60,966 nt of DNA from Verrucomicrobiota bacterium. Lineage in GTDB: Bacteria > Verrucomicrobiota > Kiritimatiellia > JAAZAB01. Positions 60,107 to 60,966 of this stretch are shown in pieces. The stretch lies in the NCBI GenBank assembly GCA_043814705.1, contig JBDRJR010000051.1:1-60966 (forward strand), read 5' to 3'. Positions within the stretch are counted from its first letter, which is position 1, and every line of letters starts with the position of its first letter. A program made the position numbers and the translations under genes. A model generated the notes under the pieces. That model ran no database searches and had not been told where the DNA came from. It saw only the letters and a program-made list of their open reading frames with translations.

Positions 60107-60966
60107 CTAATGGAACCCGTAAACGGCGCCACTGCGGATAAACTCGAACGCACCCAGGTCCACCGTCCCGTAACGGATGCGAATGCGGTCGTCCAGGTCA
60201 ACGCCCGTCGCCATCCAGCTTTCGTAGTAACCGGCGTTGATGCAGGGCGATTTGGAATCTAACCGGCAGTTTCCCGCGGGCAGATCAAGCAATAACGGAT
60301 CGGCGTAAATGACATTGTTGATGTTCGTCGAAGGCCACAACGCCCCGTTCGTCATCCCGATACAACAATTCTGAATAAAAATATTAGTCTTGCCGGTATT
60401 GCAAACATTGCTGTTTGCACTGCCGGAGGTATTACGGGACACAATCGAATTGTATAAATAATATAGGTTCGTTGATGAACCAAAATAGATTCCACCGGTA
60501 TTAGTCAAGGAGGCGGTGGAATTGGATACGATCACGCAATTTCGCAAATAGCCAATGTCCTTGCTCCTCGAGTAATCATCGTTGATCATCATTCCACCTG
60601 GACCGGTGGTGGCATGGTTACCGTAAATCAGGCAATTTTTCATCCGCCAGGTATAACCCTTTGTGAGACTTGCCCCGCCGCAGACAATTCCCTGATTACC
60701 GATGATTTTACAGTTATCAATCGTATCACTATACCAGCCGGACAAAAGACCTCCGATCGGCCCGGTATTGGACGAAATTTCAGAATTAAATATCGCCTTC
60801 TGCTGAAGTTCCAAACCGCCGGGAGATCCGGCCATGGTGGCGGTATTGTATGAAATAACACAATTACTCACTATGCCCAAATTGCCGCCATATTGTCCGC
60901 CAGAAATTAAGGCCCCACCGACGCGGGCGCCCCGATTGCTGGTGATAATGCAATTCAGAATATTTT
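60107..60966 (-). CDS. Right-handed parallel beta-helix repeat protein (choice-of-anchor-Q-like C-terminus), 5' end outside the window
   Basis: Repeating N-x-I/V..N turns (NCVISYNT, NCKIIGNQ, NCLIYGNH, NCVIVSNS, NSIVSRNT, NCCIGMTN) and terminal ..RYGTVDLGAFEF. The frame stays open to 60966; the ORF-track M at 60880 is TTG. Confidence 0.75.
   Translation of the reverse strand, partial: NILNCIITSNRGARVGGALISGGQYGGNLGIVSNCVISYNTATMAGSPGGLELQQKAIFNSEISSNTGPIGGLLSGWYSDTIDNCKIIGNQGIVCGGASLTKGYTWRMKNCLIYGNHATTGPGGMMINDDYSRSKDIGYLRNCVIVSNSTASLTNTGGIYFGSSTNLYYLYNSIVSRNTSGSANSNVCNTGKTNIFIQNCCIGMTNGALWPSTNINNVIYADPLLLDLPAGNCRLDSKSPCINAGYYESWMATGVDLDDRIRIRYGTVDLGAFEFIRSGAVYGFH

Noticed and set aside
59748-60110. 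120-aa ORF in the DUF362 / beta-helix gap.
   Set aside because: It runs through two perfect long hairpins and a terminal inverted repeat. No RBS and no motif. More parsimoniously non-coding. A faint resemblance of ..AFEVYKAQ.. (about 60020) to four-helix-bundle N-termini is too weak to claim.
1-60966. Possible CRISPR array among the many short repeats.
   Set aside because: All periodic tracts have 6-18-bp units with no unique spacers. The dispersed repeats (28, 52, 77, 140 bp) occur only two to three times at irregular distances. No cas genes.
1-60966. Autonomous mobile element, prophage or known defence island.
   Set aside because: No transposase, integrase, recombinase, reverse transcriptase, phage structural gene or restriction/abortive-infection hallmark was recognised in any frame. 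The repeats therefore appear non-autonomous within this window.

Overview
This 61-kb window looks like chromosomal DNA from a moderately GC-rich, diderm bacterium. The Ala-Phe-Thr-Leu-Ile-Glu prepilin leaders, the many pseudopilins and the word-like repeats suggest the PVC superphylum, but that is inference only. I call about 50 genes. They include hypC/hypF, an eight-gene Wsp-architecture chemosensory operon (3345-14907) that ends in a REC-PP2C phosphatase, and ansB plus a porin and an amino-acid symporter. They also include proS, a PlpD-like type Vd patatin with two unknown envelope proteins, and a PaaX-like regulator. A 15-gene minus-strand type IV pilus / T2SS-like cluster spans 28802-44099. 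It has no secretin or prepilin peptidase in view, and its last gene is a seven-repeat WxGxxW pseudopilin-like protein. The remaining genes are pyrK/pyrD, a CDF transporter, rdgB, a tRNA-Leu whose anticodon I read as AAG, recD2, a small-ORF/nucleotidyltransferase pair, and a metabolic block (ACAD, M55 peptidase, Gfo/Idh/MocA, DUF362). The most unusual property is the density of short word repeats with 6-8 nt periods, such as ATTCTGC, CTACAGN, GGAAACT, TATGGGAG and GACGGAC. These are often arranged as inverted arms of long intercistronic hairpins. They also occur in frame inside HypF, CheA, PilMN and the leader peptides of three pseudopilins. One such inverted-arm unit carries a truncated four-helix-bundle (rRNA intervening-sequence protein-like) ORF. 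No transposase, integrase, CRISPR array, rRNA or recognisable defence system was seen. Everything here is by eye: repeat coordinates are good to a few nt, and product calls rest on recognised motifs, not on searches.
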